Position numbers and translations under genes: made by a program. This document shows, piece by piece, positions 21,515 to 31,295 of a DNA stretch of 64,000 nt. The stretch's first letter is position 1. Each line of letters begins with the position of its first letter. The stretch comes from Acidimicrobiales bacterium. GTDB lineage: Bacteria; Actinomycetota; Acidimicrobiia; Acidimicrobiales; SHLQ01. A model generated the notes under the pieces. It was not told the DNA's origin. It did not search any database and saw only the letters and a list, made by a program, of their open reading frames with translations. The stretch spans positions 3,801,335 to 3,865,334 of the forward strand of contig OZ244202.1 of NCBI GenBank assembly GCA_965216815.1. Reading direction: 5' to 3'.

Positions 21515-21814
21515 TCGATGAGTGCACCGGGTAGGAAACGGGGGATGTCCTCGAAGAGGGTTGTTCCGGCTTGGAAGAGCTCCTGCCGGAAAGGGGTAAC
21601 CGATGCGTTCGCTTCATCTTCGGCGCACCAAGCAACGAAATGAAGACGTTCGTAACGCTACCGCAACATTTTCCAACCTACAACTCACCCAACGTGGTCA
21701 TTTGATGGGGTTTCGACCGCGCTGTGACGGATCGCCCTGGGTAATTCGGCCCGTTGCCGCAAACTGCTCCCCGTGGCACCGTTCAAGGGTGCCAACCGCG
21801 TCATTGCTCGCCGG

Positions 21815-23833
21815 ATGAGCCAGCACCGCCTCCCGCACATTCCCGCGCTCGATGGGATACGTGGGGTAGCCGTCGGGGCCGTGCTCGTTTTTCACTCATA
21901 CGCGAGCGCGCTGCCGGGTGGGTATCTCGGCGTCAGCCTGTTCTTCACGCTGTCGGGCTTTCTCATCACCGCACAGCTCCTCTACGAACGCGAACGATCC
22001 GCTCACATCTCGCTTCGAGGTTTCTGGCTCAGGCGTGCGAAACGACTTCTGCCGGCGATCTTCCTCGCGCTCTTCGTAGTCGCTCTGCTCAGCACCTGGA
22101 TCGTGGACGACCAGCAGCTGTCGTCTCTCCGTGTCGATGGCCTCGCCGGACTGCTTTATGTGGCGAACTGGCGATTCATCGAGAGCTCGGGCGCATACGC
22201 CGAACAATTCGTCGGCGACGCCAACCCGCTCATCCATCTGTGGTCGCTCGCGATCGAAGAGCAGTTCTATCTTCTCTTCCCGCTCATCGCTGCAGCCGTG
22301 CTGCGGTTCGGGCGCAGGGCGTTCGCTCTCGCACTCGGCGCGCTTCTGGTCGCATCGGTGCTGGCGACGACGTTGCTCGCAACCAGCGGCGCCGCGGCCG
22401 AGCGGATCTACTACGGCACCGACACCCGGGCATTCGAGATCCTGATCGGCGCAGCACTCGCCTACGTCTACGTCGAGCGCCCGCGACTCCCCGCTCGATC
22501 GGTGCGCTCCCTGTCCGTGACCGGAGCCTCGGCGTTGGGTGCCATGATCATCGCCGCTGCGACCTGGGACATCGACAACCCGATCGTCTACGACGGAGGC
22601 CTAGCCATCTTCGGCGCCGCCTCGGCGATCCTCCTCGCCTCGGCGGTTTGGGGCAGCAGGCTCACGGATTGGGTTTTCGACAGACGACCGCTGCGCTCGC
22701 TTGGACTCATCAGCTACGGCGTCTACCTCTTCCACTGGCCGATCTTCGTGTTCGTTCAGCGCCAGGGTTGGCCACTGGCGACCGAGCTCGCAGTCGAGGT
22801 CGGCGCAACACTCGCCGTCGCCGTAGCGTCATACCACCTCGTCGAGAGCCCGATTCGCAGGGGAGATTTGAGGCTTCCGTCGGTGGCTCTCGCACCCGCC
22901 GCAGCGGTGGCGGTGGTCGTCGCCTTGCTGGTGGCGGTCCCGGCGCCCAGTGGCAACGTCATCGTGTTCAGCGCAGTCGCCGAACGCGACGTCGCCTCCG
23001 CAGCAGGTCCGGTGACTGATGAAGCGCCGACTATCTCGACCACGATTGCTCCGACCTCGGCGGCCGAACAAGCCGCCGCCGAACGTGTCGAGCCGGCAGC
23101 GCAAGCGACGCCGGGCGCAACCGGATCCGAACCACCCCGAATTCTCCTCGTCGGCGACTCGGTCATGATCACGGTCGGGCGGGGACTCGAACGCTGGGGG
23201 CAGCTCACGGGCGCTGCCACATTCATCAATGCCGGCGGCCTCGGCTGCGCCGTGGCCCGTGGAGGGCAGGTTCTCGTCGAGGGCAACGAGTACGACTCGC
23301 CCTCGGACTGCGACAGGTGGGCCGAATATTGGCCGAAGCTGCTCTCGACAACCGATCCCGACGCCGTCGTGCTCCTGACCGGTGTATGGGACATCAACGA
23401 CCGCACCTTCCCGCTCTGGCCCGAGGGCTGGCAGGCACCCGGAGACGACGTCTTCGATCGCTGGCTCGCATCGGAGTTCGATCAGGCCTTCGGTGTGCTC
23501 GGCGCGACCGGAGCCGAAGTGATCTGGCTCAGCTCTCCTTGCTACGAGAAGTTCGACGCAAATGGTGAAATCACCATCCCGGGAGGCAGTTTCGACCTCG
23601 ATCGTGTGCGACACCTCAACGACACCATCGTGCCGAGCGCCTTGTCCCGCAATCCAAGGGTGCAATCGATCGACTTCCACGAACAGATCTGTCCCGACGG
23701 ACGGGGTCTCCAGAGGCTCGGCGATGTGGAGCCCATACGACCCGACGGTGTGCACTTCAGCGAAGATGGGTCCGACGCCCTGGCAGTCCGGCTCGGCCCG
23801 CAGCTGATCGCTGCACTCGACGGGAGCGACTAA
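21815..23833 (+). CDS. acyltransferase-3 family membrane protein with C-terminal SGNH/GDSL domain (OafA-like)
   Basis: LPHIPALDGIRGVAVGAVLVFH, multiple TM segments, and C-terminal ILLVGDSVM. ATG 21815; the ORF is open from 21773. Confidence 0.85.
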   Translation: MSQHRLPHIPALDGIRGVAVGAVLVFHSYASALPGGYLGVSLFFTLSGFLITAQLLYERERSAHISLRGFWLRRAKRLLPAIFLALFVVALLSTWIVDDQQLSSLRVDGLAGLLYVANWRFIESSGAYAEQFVGDANPLIHLWSLAIEEQFYLLFPLIAAAVLRFGRRAFALALGALLVASVLATTLLATSGAAAERIYYGTDTRAFEILIGAALAYVYVERPRLPARSVRSLSVTGASALGAMIIAAATWDIDNPIVYDGGLAIFGAASAILLASAVWGSRLTDWVFDRRPLRSLGLISYGVYLFHWPIFVFVQRQGWPLATELAVEVGATLAVAVASYHLVESPIRRGDLRLPSVALAPAAAVAVVVALLVAVPAPSGNVIVFSAVAERDVASAAGPVTDEAPTISTTIAPTSAAEQAAAERVEPAAQATPGATGSEPPRILLVGDSVMITVGRGLERWGQLTGAATFINAGGLGCAVARGGQVLVEGNEYDSPSDCDRWAEYWPKLLSTTDPDAVVLLTGVWDINDRTFPLWPEGWQAPGDDVFDRWLASEFDQAFGVLGATGAEVIWLSSPCYEKFDANGEITIPGGSFDLDRVRHLNDTIVPSALSRNPRVQSIDFHEQICPDGRGLQRLGDVEPIRPDGVHFSEDGSDALAVRLGPQLIAALDGSD

Positions 23834-24186
23834 CCCGATCCAGCGCCCAGGACGATTCCGACGTTCCAGCCGACGACCGCCACGTACCATCCAATGCCGG
23901 TCGCGAGCACGGTTTCCATCGTCCTCCATCGAGGTCGGATCGCCACGAGCATCAGGGCGACGAGCGCAAGAACGGCGAGTTTCACTCCGGTTGCGAACCA
24001 GAAGTCCTCGACCGCGCGTTGCATGAGCGGGTTCGCCTCCGCCAACACGCCGTGCACGATGCCCAGCCTGGTCACGTAGACGTCGAAGAGGTTGAGAGCG
24101 ACCAGCATCGTGAACAACACGAAACGCCGCGACACCCAGATCGGCCTCGGCGTCGACCGTCGTGGCGCTACTGATCCACTCCTCAT
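23830..24186 (-). CDS. small membrane protein (DUF5658-like)
   Basis: FVLFTMLVALNLFDVYVT...AEANPLM... pattern with 3-4 TM helices. The start (24186 or 24204) is uncertain. Confidence 0.5.
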   Translation of the reverse strand: MRSGSVAPRRSTPRPIWVSRRFVLFTMLVALNLFDVYVTRLGIVHGVLAEANPLMQRAVEDFWFATGVKLAVLALVALMLVAIRPRWRTMETVLATGIGWYVAVVGWNVGIVLGAGSG

Positions 24187-24280
24187 CACCTCCGATTGTG
24201 CCATCGCCGACCCTGGGTCGATATGGGTCGTCGGACTCGTCGGTTCGATCGCTGCGCAGAACGTGCAATAGCTTCGCCGG

Positions 24281-25894
24281 ATGCGGCGACGGGCGTTGGG
24301 CATCATCAGCTTCCTGATCATCCTCGGATCCGTGGGCGCAGCCCCGGCTACCGGTCTCGATGACACCGCACCGATCGGATCGCTCGACTGGGTGCGGGTC
24401 GACGCAGCCGACACGATCACCGTCGGCGGCTGGGTCCTCGATCCCGACGAGGACCGCTCTCTGTTCATTCACATCTACGTCGACGACCACCTCACGAAGG
24501 CCGCACGCGCTTCGGGACCACGGCCTGACGTCGCGCAGAGGTTCGGGGTCGATCCACGGCACGGGTTTCACACAGCGATCGCCGGCACCCCCCACGGCGA
24601 ACACGACGTGTGCGTCTGGGCGATCAACCTGCCCGGCCCGGGCAACAACCAGCGCATCGGATGCCGACGAGTTCGCGTCGGGCCGGAGCCGAGCAACCCG
24701 GTTGGAGTCGTCGATCGCTTCACGGACACTGGCCGGGGCGCCCTCGAGGTCAGCGGCTGGGTCTTCGATCGCGACTCGAGACGGTCGACCCCACTTCACT
24801 TCTACGTCGACGGTGCGCTGGCCGGCACCGCTACGACAGGCCTACGGCGCGACGATGTCGCCCGCGTGCACGGCGTGGGACCGCGCCAGGGGTTCCGCAG
24901 CCGAATCGACGCCGGCTACGGCACCCACGACGTCTGCGTCTGGGCCATCAACCAACCGGCAGGCCCGAACGTGAGGATCGGATGCAGACAAGTCAACGTC
25001 ACCGACTCCCGCCCACGTGCGACGCCGAGGTCGCCGGTGAGCATCAACGGCACCGGAGACGTGCGAGCCGATCCGCACTGGTATGGCTCGCCGCCCGACT
25101 ACCGGCCGGCGCTGGCGGGTCTGAACGGGTTGTTCCACGACGATGACCTCACGGTCATCAACCTCGAGTGTGCCCCGTCGCTCATCGGTGCGGCCGTCGC
25201 AAAGAACTTCAACTTCCGTTGCGATCCCGGTTCGCTCGCGAACTTCCGCGCCTCGGGAGTCGATGTCGCGAGCATGGCCAACAACCACGCGCTCGACTAC
25301 GGCACGGCAGCGATGGTCGATGGCATCGCCAACGTGGAGGCCTCGGGATTACACGAGGTCGGCGCCGGCCTCGACGACCGCGACGCATATGAGCCTTACC
25401 TGACCGAGGTCAACGGTACGCGCATCGCCGTCTTGGGCATGGCGGGATTCGTCGAATTCGGCTGGAACCTCGCGGGGCCCAACCGACCGGGCCTCGCCGA
25501 CGGATACAACCCCGCAGCGATGGCCGAGGCGACCCGTCGAGCTAGCGCGGTCGCCGATGTGGTCGTCGTCGCGATCCACTGGGGGCGAGAAGGCGTCACG
25601 GTCCACAACACCTCCCAAACCGAGCGCGGGCGAACCCTCATCGACGCGGGCGCGGACATAGTGTTCGGCCACCATCCGCACCGCCTACAGCCTCTCGAGC
25701 ACTACAACGGCGGCGTGATCTTCTACAGCCTCGGCAACTTCGTGTGGCCGCGCCTCAGCGTCGGCAGCGCCGACACCGCAGTCGGACGCGCCGAGATCGA
25801 TCCCCGAGGAGGAATCAGGGCGTGCTTCCTCGACGCGACGATCCGGTCACATGGACGCGTCTCGCTCGACGACCCCGCGCGTAGGACCTGCTAG
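24281..25894 (+). CDS. exported CapA-family (metallophosphatase-fold) protein with duplicated N-terminal beta-domain
   Basis: Signal peptide. Two roughly 105-aa repeats (V.GWV.D.D...H.YVD...R.DV...GV.PR.GF...G.HDVCVWAIN...IGCR.V.V), then SMANNHALDYG...HWG.E...GHHPH. Confidence 0.8.
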   Translation: MRRRALGIISFLIILGSVGAAPATGLDDTAPIGSLDWVRVDAADTITVGGWVLDPDEDRSLFIHIYVDDHLTKAARASGPRPDVAQRFGVDPRHGFHTAIAGTPHGEHDVCVWAINLPGPGNNQRIGCRRVRVGPEPSNPVGVVDRFTDTGRGALEVSGWVFDRDSRRSTPLHFYVDGALAGTATTGLRRDDVARVHGVGPRQGFRSRIDAGYGTHDVCVWAINQPAGPNVRIGCRQVNVTDSRPRATPRSPVSINGTGDVRADPHWYGSPPDYRPALAGLNGLFHDDDLTVINLECAPSLIGAAVAKNFNFRCDPGSLANFRASGVDVASMANNHALDYGTAAMVDGIANVEASGLHEVGAGLDDRDAYEPYLTEVNGTRIAVLGMAGFVEFGWNLAGPNRPGLADGYNPAAMAEATRRASAVADVVVVAIHWGREGVTVHNTSQTERGRTLIDAGADIVFGHHPHRLQPLEHYNGGVIFYSLGNFVWPRLSVGSADTAVGRAEIDPRGGIRACFLDATIRSHGRVSLDDPARRTC

Positions 25895-28419
25895 AGGTCG
25901 AGCGCGAGGGCCGCATCGATCAGTCCGAGGTGCGAGTAGGCCTGCGGGTGGTTTCCGAGCATGACCTCGGCTTGTGGATCGAACTGCTCGGGCAAGAGGC
26001 CGGTCGGGCCCGTGAGGTCGATGTAGTCGCGCATCATGACCCTGGCCTCGTCGATCTGACCGGTCATCACGTAGGCCCGGATGAGCCAGGACGAACAGAT
26101 CAGAAAGCCACCCTCTGAACCGGGGAGCCCGTCGTCGAGGCGGTAGCGATAGACGATCGGTCCGTCTCGCAGGTCGCGCTCGATCGCCTTGATCGTCGCG
26201 AGGAACCGTTCGTCGTTCGCATCGAGCAGACCGGACAGGCCGATCCACAGAACGGCCGCGTCGAGCTCGGGATCGCCGTACGCGATCGTGAAGGCCTCAC
26301 GTCCCGCGTGCCACCCGTTGGTTGTGACGTCTTCGGCGATCTCGTCGCGAAGTGCCGGCCAGGACTCCGGAACGGGACGGCCGACCAGGTCGGCTATCGC
26401 TATCGCACGGTCGACCGCCTGCCAGCACATGACCTTTGAATGCACGTGGTGCCGCTGCGGTCGGCGCTCCTCCCACATGCCGTGATCGGGCTCGTGCCAA
26501 CGGCGCTCTACCGCACGCACCATGTCTTCGACCAAACGCCAACGATCACCTTCCACCGGAACGCCACGGCGGGCCAACACCGCGATGCACTCGACGATCG
26601 GACCGAAGACGTCGAGCTGAACCTGGTGCTCGGCCGCGTTGCCGATGCGCACCGGTCGACTGCCCCGGTAGCCGGCGAACGAAGGAATGATCGCCTCGGG
26701 AATCGACCCATCGCCGCGCAGCGGGTAGACCGGTCGGAGCTGCTCGGGAGCACTGGCGGCCCCGACCCTTCGGATCAGCCAGTCGAGAAACCGCTCGCCT
26801 TCCGTGGTCGAACCGAGGTTCGCAAGCGTCGTTGCGGCCATCGCCGCGTCACGGGGCCAGCAGAATCGATAGTCCCAGTTGCGCACGCCCCCGACGTGCT
26901 CGGGAAGGCTGGTCGTGGCAGCGGCTAGAATCGCGCCAGAAGGTTCGTGACACAGAGCCTTGAGCGTCACGGCGCTTCGCCTCACATACCGCGCGTGTGC
27001 CGAAGGAAGCTCGAGCGATTCCGTCCAACCCCACCACCGATCGACCGCCGCACGCCGGATCTCGATGTCATCGATCTCACCGAGCGGCGAAGCGCCGAAC
27101 ACCATCACGACCGGGTTGCCGATCGAGAGGTCGATGATGGCTGTCGCCTTGGCCCCACCCGTCTCCTCGACGATGTCCCACTGCACACCTGGCGCACGCA
27201 GCTCGAGCAGCTCGGCCATGCCGGTCACAGCGAGTCCGTCAGGTGTTGGCTGGAACCCCGTCACGGCCCGGCCGTAGTCGCCGCGCGGAGCGAACTCGAC
27301 CCGCGCCGGGTGGTCGCCGTGCAGCGCCCGAACGAGCAGCGACGCCCCTGTGGTCTCGTCGAACGTCAGATAGTCGACAACGGTGAGGTCGGCCCACCGG
27401 GTCTCGATCATGAGCGTGTCGTCGATGTACCGCTGTGAGATGGGCTCGGCATCGTTGTCGAGACCGACCGCGAAGTACCCGGCGCGTGCCCCGCCAAGCA
27501 GCTCGGCGAACACCGACGAGGCATCGGCGGTCGGCAAGCACATCCAGTTGATTCGAGCATCGGGTGTCACCAGCGCCACCGTGTTGCCGTCACTCAGCAA
27601 CGAGTGCCTCTCGATGGGCTGCGACACAGCGCCCTCGAGCCAACCGCGTCGGTGCTCCGTGAGATCGGCCAACACCCGAGCGACATCGGTGGTGTCATCG
27701 ACACGAAATCGAGCGAGGGATTCGCCGGAGCCGACCTTGATGCCGAGATCGGGTCCGGACAACCTGCCGAACGCGTCTTCATCGGTCACGTCGTCGCCGA
27801 GGAACACAACAGCCCCTGCGCCCACGTCGGAGCGGAGCCGCTCCAGCGCCGTTCCCTTGTCGGTCTCCACGACGGTGAGCTCGATGACCTTCTTGCCCCG
27901 TTTGACGGTTACGCCGGGCTGCGAGGCGGGACCATCGAGCACCTCGCGCACCATCTCGTCGGCGGCGTTGCCGGCAACCTGGCGGTAGTGGAAAGCCACG
28001 CTCGCTGGTTTCAACTCGATGATGACCCCCGGATGACCGCCGGCGATCTTCTCCAACGCGCCCGTGAGCTCGTTGCGCAGTTCGATGAGGTCGTCGTCGA
28101 GAGCATGGGAGAAGCCGATGTCGAACTCCGAGCCGTGCGACCCGACGAGATGGATCTCGTGGGGCAGCCGACTCAGCGTCGCGAGGTCGCGAAGGGAACG
28201 TCCGGAGATGACCGCCACCGCTGTGTCCGGCATGGCCGCTAGCTGTCGCAGCGCGGCAACCGACTCGCGCTCGGGTACCGCGGCAGCAGGGTCGTCGACG
28301 ATGGGTGCGAGCGTTCCGTCGTAATCGCAGGCGACGAGCAGGACGGGCTCGGTCGCTATCTCCGCGACGGCGTCGCGGACCTCGGGGTCGACCGCATGCG
28401 GCCGAGTGGTCACGCTCAT
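25891..28419 (-). CDS. otsB: trehalose-phosphatase (OtsB) fused to a glycoside hydrolase family 15 domain
   Basis: N-terminus LLVACDYDGTLAPIV...ISGRS...LGDDVTDE (HAD trehalose-phosphatase). C-terminus IERHSLLSDGNTVALV...INWMCLP and RNWDYRFCWPRDAA (GH15). Its ATG at 28419 overlaps the otsA stop (ATGA). Confidence 0.85.
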   Translation of the reverse strand: MSVTTRPHAVDPEVRDAVAEIATEPVLLVACDYDGTLAPIVDDPAAAVPERESVAALRQLAAMPDTAVAVISGRSLRDLATLSRLPHEIHLVGSHGSEFDIGFSHALDDDLIELRNELTGALEKIAGGHPGVIIELKPASVAFHYRQVAGNAADEMVREVLDGPASQPGVTVKRGKKVIELTVVETDKGTALERLRSDVGAGAVVFLGDDVTDEDAFGRLSGPDLGIKVGSGESLARFRVDDTTDVARVLADLTEHRRGWLEGAVSQPIERHSLLSDGNTVALVTPDARINWMCLPTADASSVFAELLGGARAGYFAVGLDNDAEPISQRYIDDTLMIETRWADLTVVDYLTFDETTGASLLVRALHGDHPARVEFAPRGDYGRAVTGFQPTPDGLAVTGMAELLELRAPGVQWDIVEETGGAKATAIIDLSIGNPVVMVFGASPLGEIDDIEIRRAAVDRWWGWTESLELPSAHARYVRRSAVTLKALCHEPSGAILAAATTSLPEHVGGVRNWDYRFCWPRDAAMAATTLANLGSTTEGERFLDWLIRRVGAASAPEQLRPVYPLRGDGSIPEAIIPSFAGYRGSRPVRIGNAAEHQVQLDVFGPIVECIAVLARRGVPVEGDRWRLVEDMVRAVERRWHEPDHGMWEERRPQRHHVHSKVMCWQAVDRAIAIADLVGRPVPESWPALRDEIAEDVTTNGWHAGREAFTIAYGDPELDAAVLWIGLSGLLDANDERFLATIKAIERDLRDGPIVYRYRLDDGLPGSEGGFLICSSWLIRAYVMTGQIDEARVMMRDYIDLTGPTGLLPEQFDPQAEVMLGNHPQAYSHLGLIDAALALDL

Positions 28420-29813
28420 ACCGACTCGAGCGCCTCGATGAACGCGGTGGCCCAACGGTGAGCATCGTTGCGGCGAACCACTCGACGCATGCGCTTCATG
28501 CGCGTCGTTTCCTCCTCGGGGTCGAGGCGGGTCGCCTTCTCGATGACAGTCTTGAGCCCCTCGACATCGTGGGGATTGACGAGCAGTGCCTGGCGTAGCT
28601 CGAGCGCGGCGCCTGCGAACTCGCTGAGGACGAGCACTCCGTCGTTGCTGACCCTGCTCGCGACATACTCCTTGGCGACGAGGTTCATGCCGTCGCGAAG
28701 CGGCGTGACGAGCATGACGTCGGCGACCTGGTAGAGCGCCACTAGCTCCTCCAGCGGCTGACCCTGGTGGAGATAGTGCACGGCGGGACGGCCCATCGTC
28801 GCGAAGTTGCCGTTGATGTCGCCGACGAGCTGTTCGACATCGGCTCGGATCTCGGCGTAGCCCGTGACATTGCTCCGCGACGGCTCGGCGATCTGCATCA
28901 TCACGACGTCTTCGGCCGACAGTCGATGCTCGGCGAGCAACTCGCGGTATGCACGAAGCCGCGCTTCGATGCCCTTCGTGTAGTCGAGCCGATCGACACC
29001 GAGCATGACCGTCTCCGGAGAACCGAGCGATTCCCTGATCTCGGCGGCGCGCTTTTCCGTGTATGGGTCGGCGAGGAGCTCACCGACCCGATCGACGTCG
29101 ATGCCCACCGGAAACGACGCCACGCGTGTGGTGTGGTCGCGGAATGTGATAACGCTGCCACGCGACGTGCAGTCGGTGACTTGGGCCGCCGCCCTCCGGA
29201 AGTTGTGAGCTCCGAGCGAGGTCTGGAAACCGACGAAGTCCGCGGCCAACAGCGCCTCGACGATCTGGCGCCGCCAGGGCATGCGCACGAACAGCTCGCT
29301 CGGAGGGAAAGGAATATGGAGAAAGAAGCCGATGCGAAGGTCGGGGCGCTGCTCACGCAGGAGCGCCGGGACGAGTTGCAGCTGATAGTCGTGCACCCAG
29401 ACCGTTGCATTCTTCGCGGCGACCGCCGCGGCTGCGTGGGCAAAACGACGGTTGACCGATGCGTAGGAATCCCACCAGGTTCGGTGGTACTCGGGCGTTC
29501 GCACGGCGTCGTGATAGAGCGGCCACAACGTTCCGTTGGCGAAGCCCTCGTAGTAGAGGGCGAGGTCGGAGCGCGAGAGCGCGACCGGCTTGAGGTACAT
29601 GCCGTCGTGGGTCCAGGGTTCGGGCGGATCGGCAGTGGAGCCCGACCACCCCACCCAGGCTGCCTTCTGACGGGTCTGCAACACAGGCCGCAGCGCTGCT
29701 ACGAGGCCACCCGGGCTGGTCGCCCACTCGTCGCGCCTTTTGCCCCGCACCCGCCTTACCGGAAGTCGGTTGGCAACCACGACCAGATCGTTGTTGCGAC
29801 GGGGTCTGCTCAC
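28416..29813 (-). CDS. otsA: alpha,alpha-trehalose-phosphate synthase
   Basis: [32 protein letters not shown] and [16 protein letters not shown] motifs. GTG 29813; TTG 29822 is an alternative start. Confidence 0.9.
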   Translation of the reverse strand: MSRPRRNNDLVVVANRLPVRRVRGKRRDEWATSPGGLVAALRPVLQTRQKAAWVGWSGSTADPPEPWTHDGMYLKPVALSRSDLALYYEGFANGTLWPLYHDAVRTPEYHRTWWDSYASVNRRFAHAAAAVAAKNATVWVHDYQLQLVPALLREQRPDLRIGFFLHIPFPPSELFVRMPWRRQIVEALLAADFVGFQTSLGAHNFRRAAAQVTDCTSRGSVITFRDHTTRVASFPVGIDVDRVGELLADPYTEKRAAEIRESLGSPETVMLGVDRLDYTKGIEARLRAYRELLAEHRLSAEDVVMMQIAEPSRSNVTGYAEIRADVEQLVGDINGNFATMGRPAVHYLHQGQPLEELVALYQVADVMLVTPLRDGMNLVAKEYVASRVSNDGVLVLSEFAGAALELRQALLVNPHDVEGLKTVIEKATRLDPEEETTRMKRMRRVVRRNDAHRWATAFIEALESV

Positions 29814-29900
29814 CCCCCACAAGGTAGTGCGCGGGCACCTCTCTTCGGTGTTCCGCCCACCGGTCGGGCTAACGTTCGCCGATGATCGAGGAGAGACACG

Positions 29901-31295
29901 ATGACCGAAGAACCATGGCAGGGCGACGTAGTTTCGATGGTCGAGGCCTTCCGCAAAGGCGAACGAAGCCCGCGCGAAGAGCTCGAGGCGACACTGGCCG
30001 CAGTTGAACGCAGCAGCCTGAACGCCGTCTGTCACGTCGACGCGGAACGCGCCCTCGACGCCGCCGACAACGCCGACGTCTCGCTTCCCTTCGGAGGGGT
30101 CCCGTTGGCGGTCAAGGAACTCCTGGCGGTGCAGGGTTGGCCGGCCTCGCTCGGGTCGGCGGCGCTTGCCGGCGAGGTCTTCGAATACGACGCCACAGCC
30201 GTCACCCGTCTGCGCGACGCCGGAGCAATCCCTGCCGTGCAGACGACCTCGAGCGAGTTCGGCGGCACCAACCAGACCACTACGAAGATTCACGGCGCGA
30301 CGCGAAACCCGTGGCTGGAGGATCGGACACCGGGAGGATCCTCGGGAGGATCGGCCGCCGGCGTGGCGGGTGGTCTTTTCGCGCTGGCGACGGCGAGCGA
30401 CGGCGGTGGATCGATCCGAATCCCGGCCGGCTTCTGCGGCCTCGTCGGGCTCAAGACGACCTACGGTCGCGTTCCGAGGGGTCCCCGCCTCACGATCGGC
30501 AACCTCACTTCGGTCGAGCTTTGCGTCACCAGGTCGGTTCGTGACACGGCCCGGTGGCTCGATGTTGCCAACGGATTCGATGCTCACGATCCTCTCAGCC
30601 TGCCGAGGGTCGAAGGATACGAGTCCGCGCTCGGCAGCGGTGACCTGAGCGATGTCGGGACCGCTGCGATCGTTATCGATCTCGGGGGGGCAGTCGTATC
30701 GACCGAGGTGTCCGAGATGGTCGAAGCGGCGGGCTCGGCTCTCATCGCCGAGATCGGCAGCGCTAGGGTCGAAGCCTCATCGCGCGTTCCCTCCATGGCA
30801 GGAGCGTGGGGCCTGACCGGCGCGGTCGGTTTGCGAATCAGCCTCGGCGACCGGTGGCCCGACTGCGCCGATGAACTGACCGGCATGATGCGCTCCGGGG
30901 TGCGAGCCGGCGAGGAGCGCCTCGACCTCGACGCGCTCACCTATGCTGAGATGCGTCGTACCGAATGCAACGAGGCGATGGCTGGGCTGTTCGACGAAGC
31001 CGATCTCGTCATCGCTCCGACAAACCCCCACACGGCATTTGGCGCAGAGGGCCATCTGCCACACGTCTTCGGTGATCGTGAGGCGACTCCGGGCAACAAC
31101 GGAGCGCTGACAATCCCTGCGAACATCTACGGCAATCCGTCGGTCAGCCTTCCGATCGGCCTGTCGTCGGAGGGCTTACCGGTCGCTATGCAGGTGATGG
31201 CCCCGCACCATCGAGAAGACCTACTGCTCGACGTAGCTCTGGCCTGGGAGGCGGCCAACCCATGGCCACTGGTCGCTCCGGCGGCGGCCGCATGA
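29901..31295 (+). CDS. amidase (amidase-signature family)
   Basis: [14 protein letters not shown]...[14 protein letters not shown] amidase signature. Confidence 0.9.
   Translation: MTEEPWQGDVVSMVEAFRKGERSPREELEATLAAVERSSLNAVCHVDAERALDAADNADVSLPFGGVPLAVKELLAVQGWPASLGSAALAGEVFEYDATAVTRLRDAGAIPAVQTTSSEFGGTNQTTTKIHGATRNPWLEDRTPGGSSGGSAAGVAGGLFALATASDGGGSIRIPAGFCGLVGLKTTYGRVPRGPRLTIGNLTSVELCVTRSVRDTARWLDVANGFDAHDPLSLPRVEGYESALGSGDLSDVGTAAIVIDLGGAVVSTEVSEMVEAAGSALIAEIGSARVEASSRVPSMAGAWGLTGAVGLRISLGDRWPDCADELTGMMRSGVRAGEERLDLDALTYAEMRRTECNEAMAGLFDEADLVIAPTNPHTAFGAEGHLPHVFGDREATPGNNGALTIPANIYGNPSVSLPIGLSSEGLPVAMQVMAPHHREDLLLDVALAWEAANPWPLVAPAAAA

Noticed and set aside
22829-24799. A 656-aa minus-strand ORF spanning the acyltransferase, the DUF5658-like gene and the CapA-like gene.
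   Set aside because: It crosses three independently supported genes and an intergenic region and has a low-complexity composition. It is an artefact of stop-codon scarcity.
28420-28455. The longer start of the OtsB-GH15 ORF at 28455.
   Set aside because: It would overlap otsA by 40 nt. The ATG at 28419 forms an ATGA overlap with the otsA stop and precedes the conserved region.
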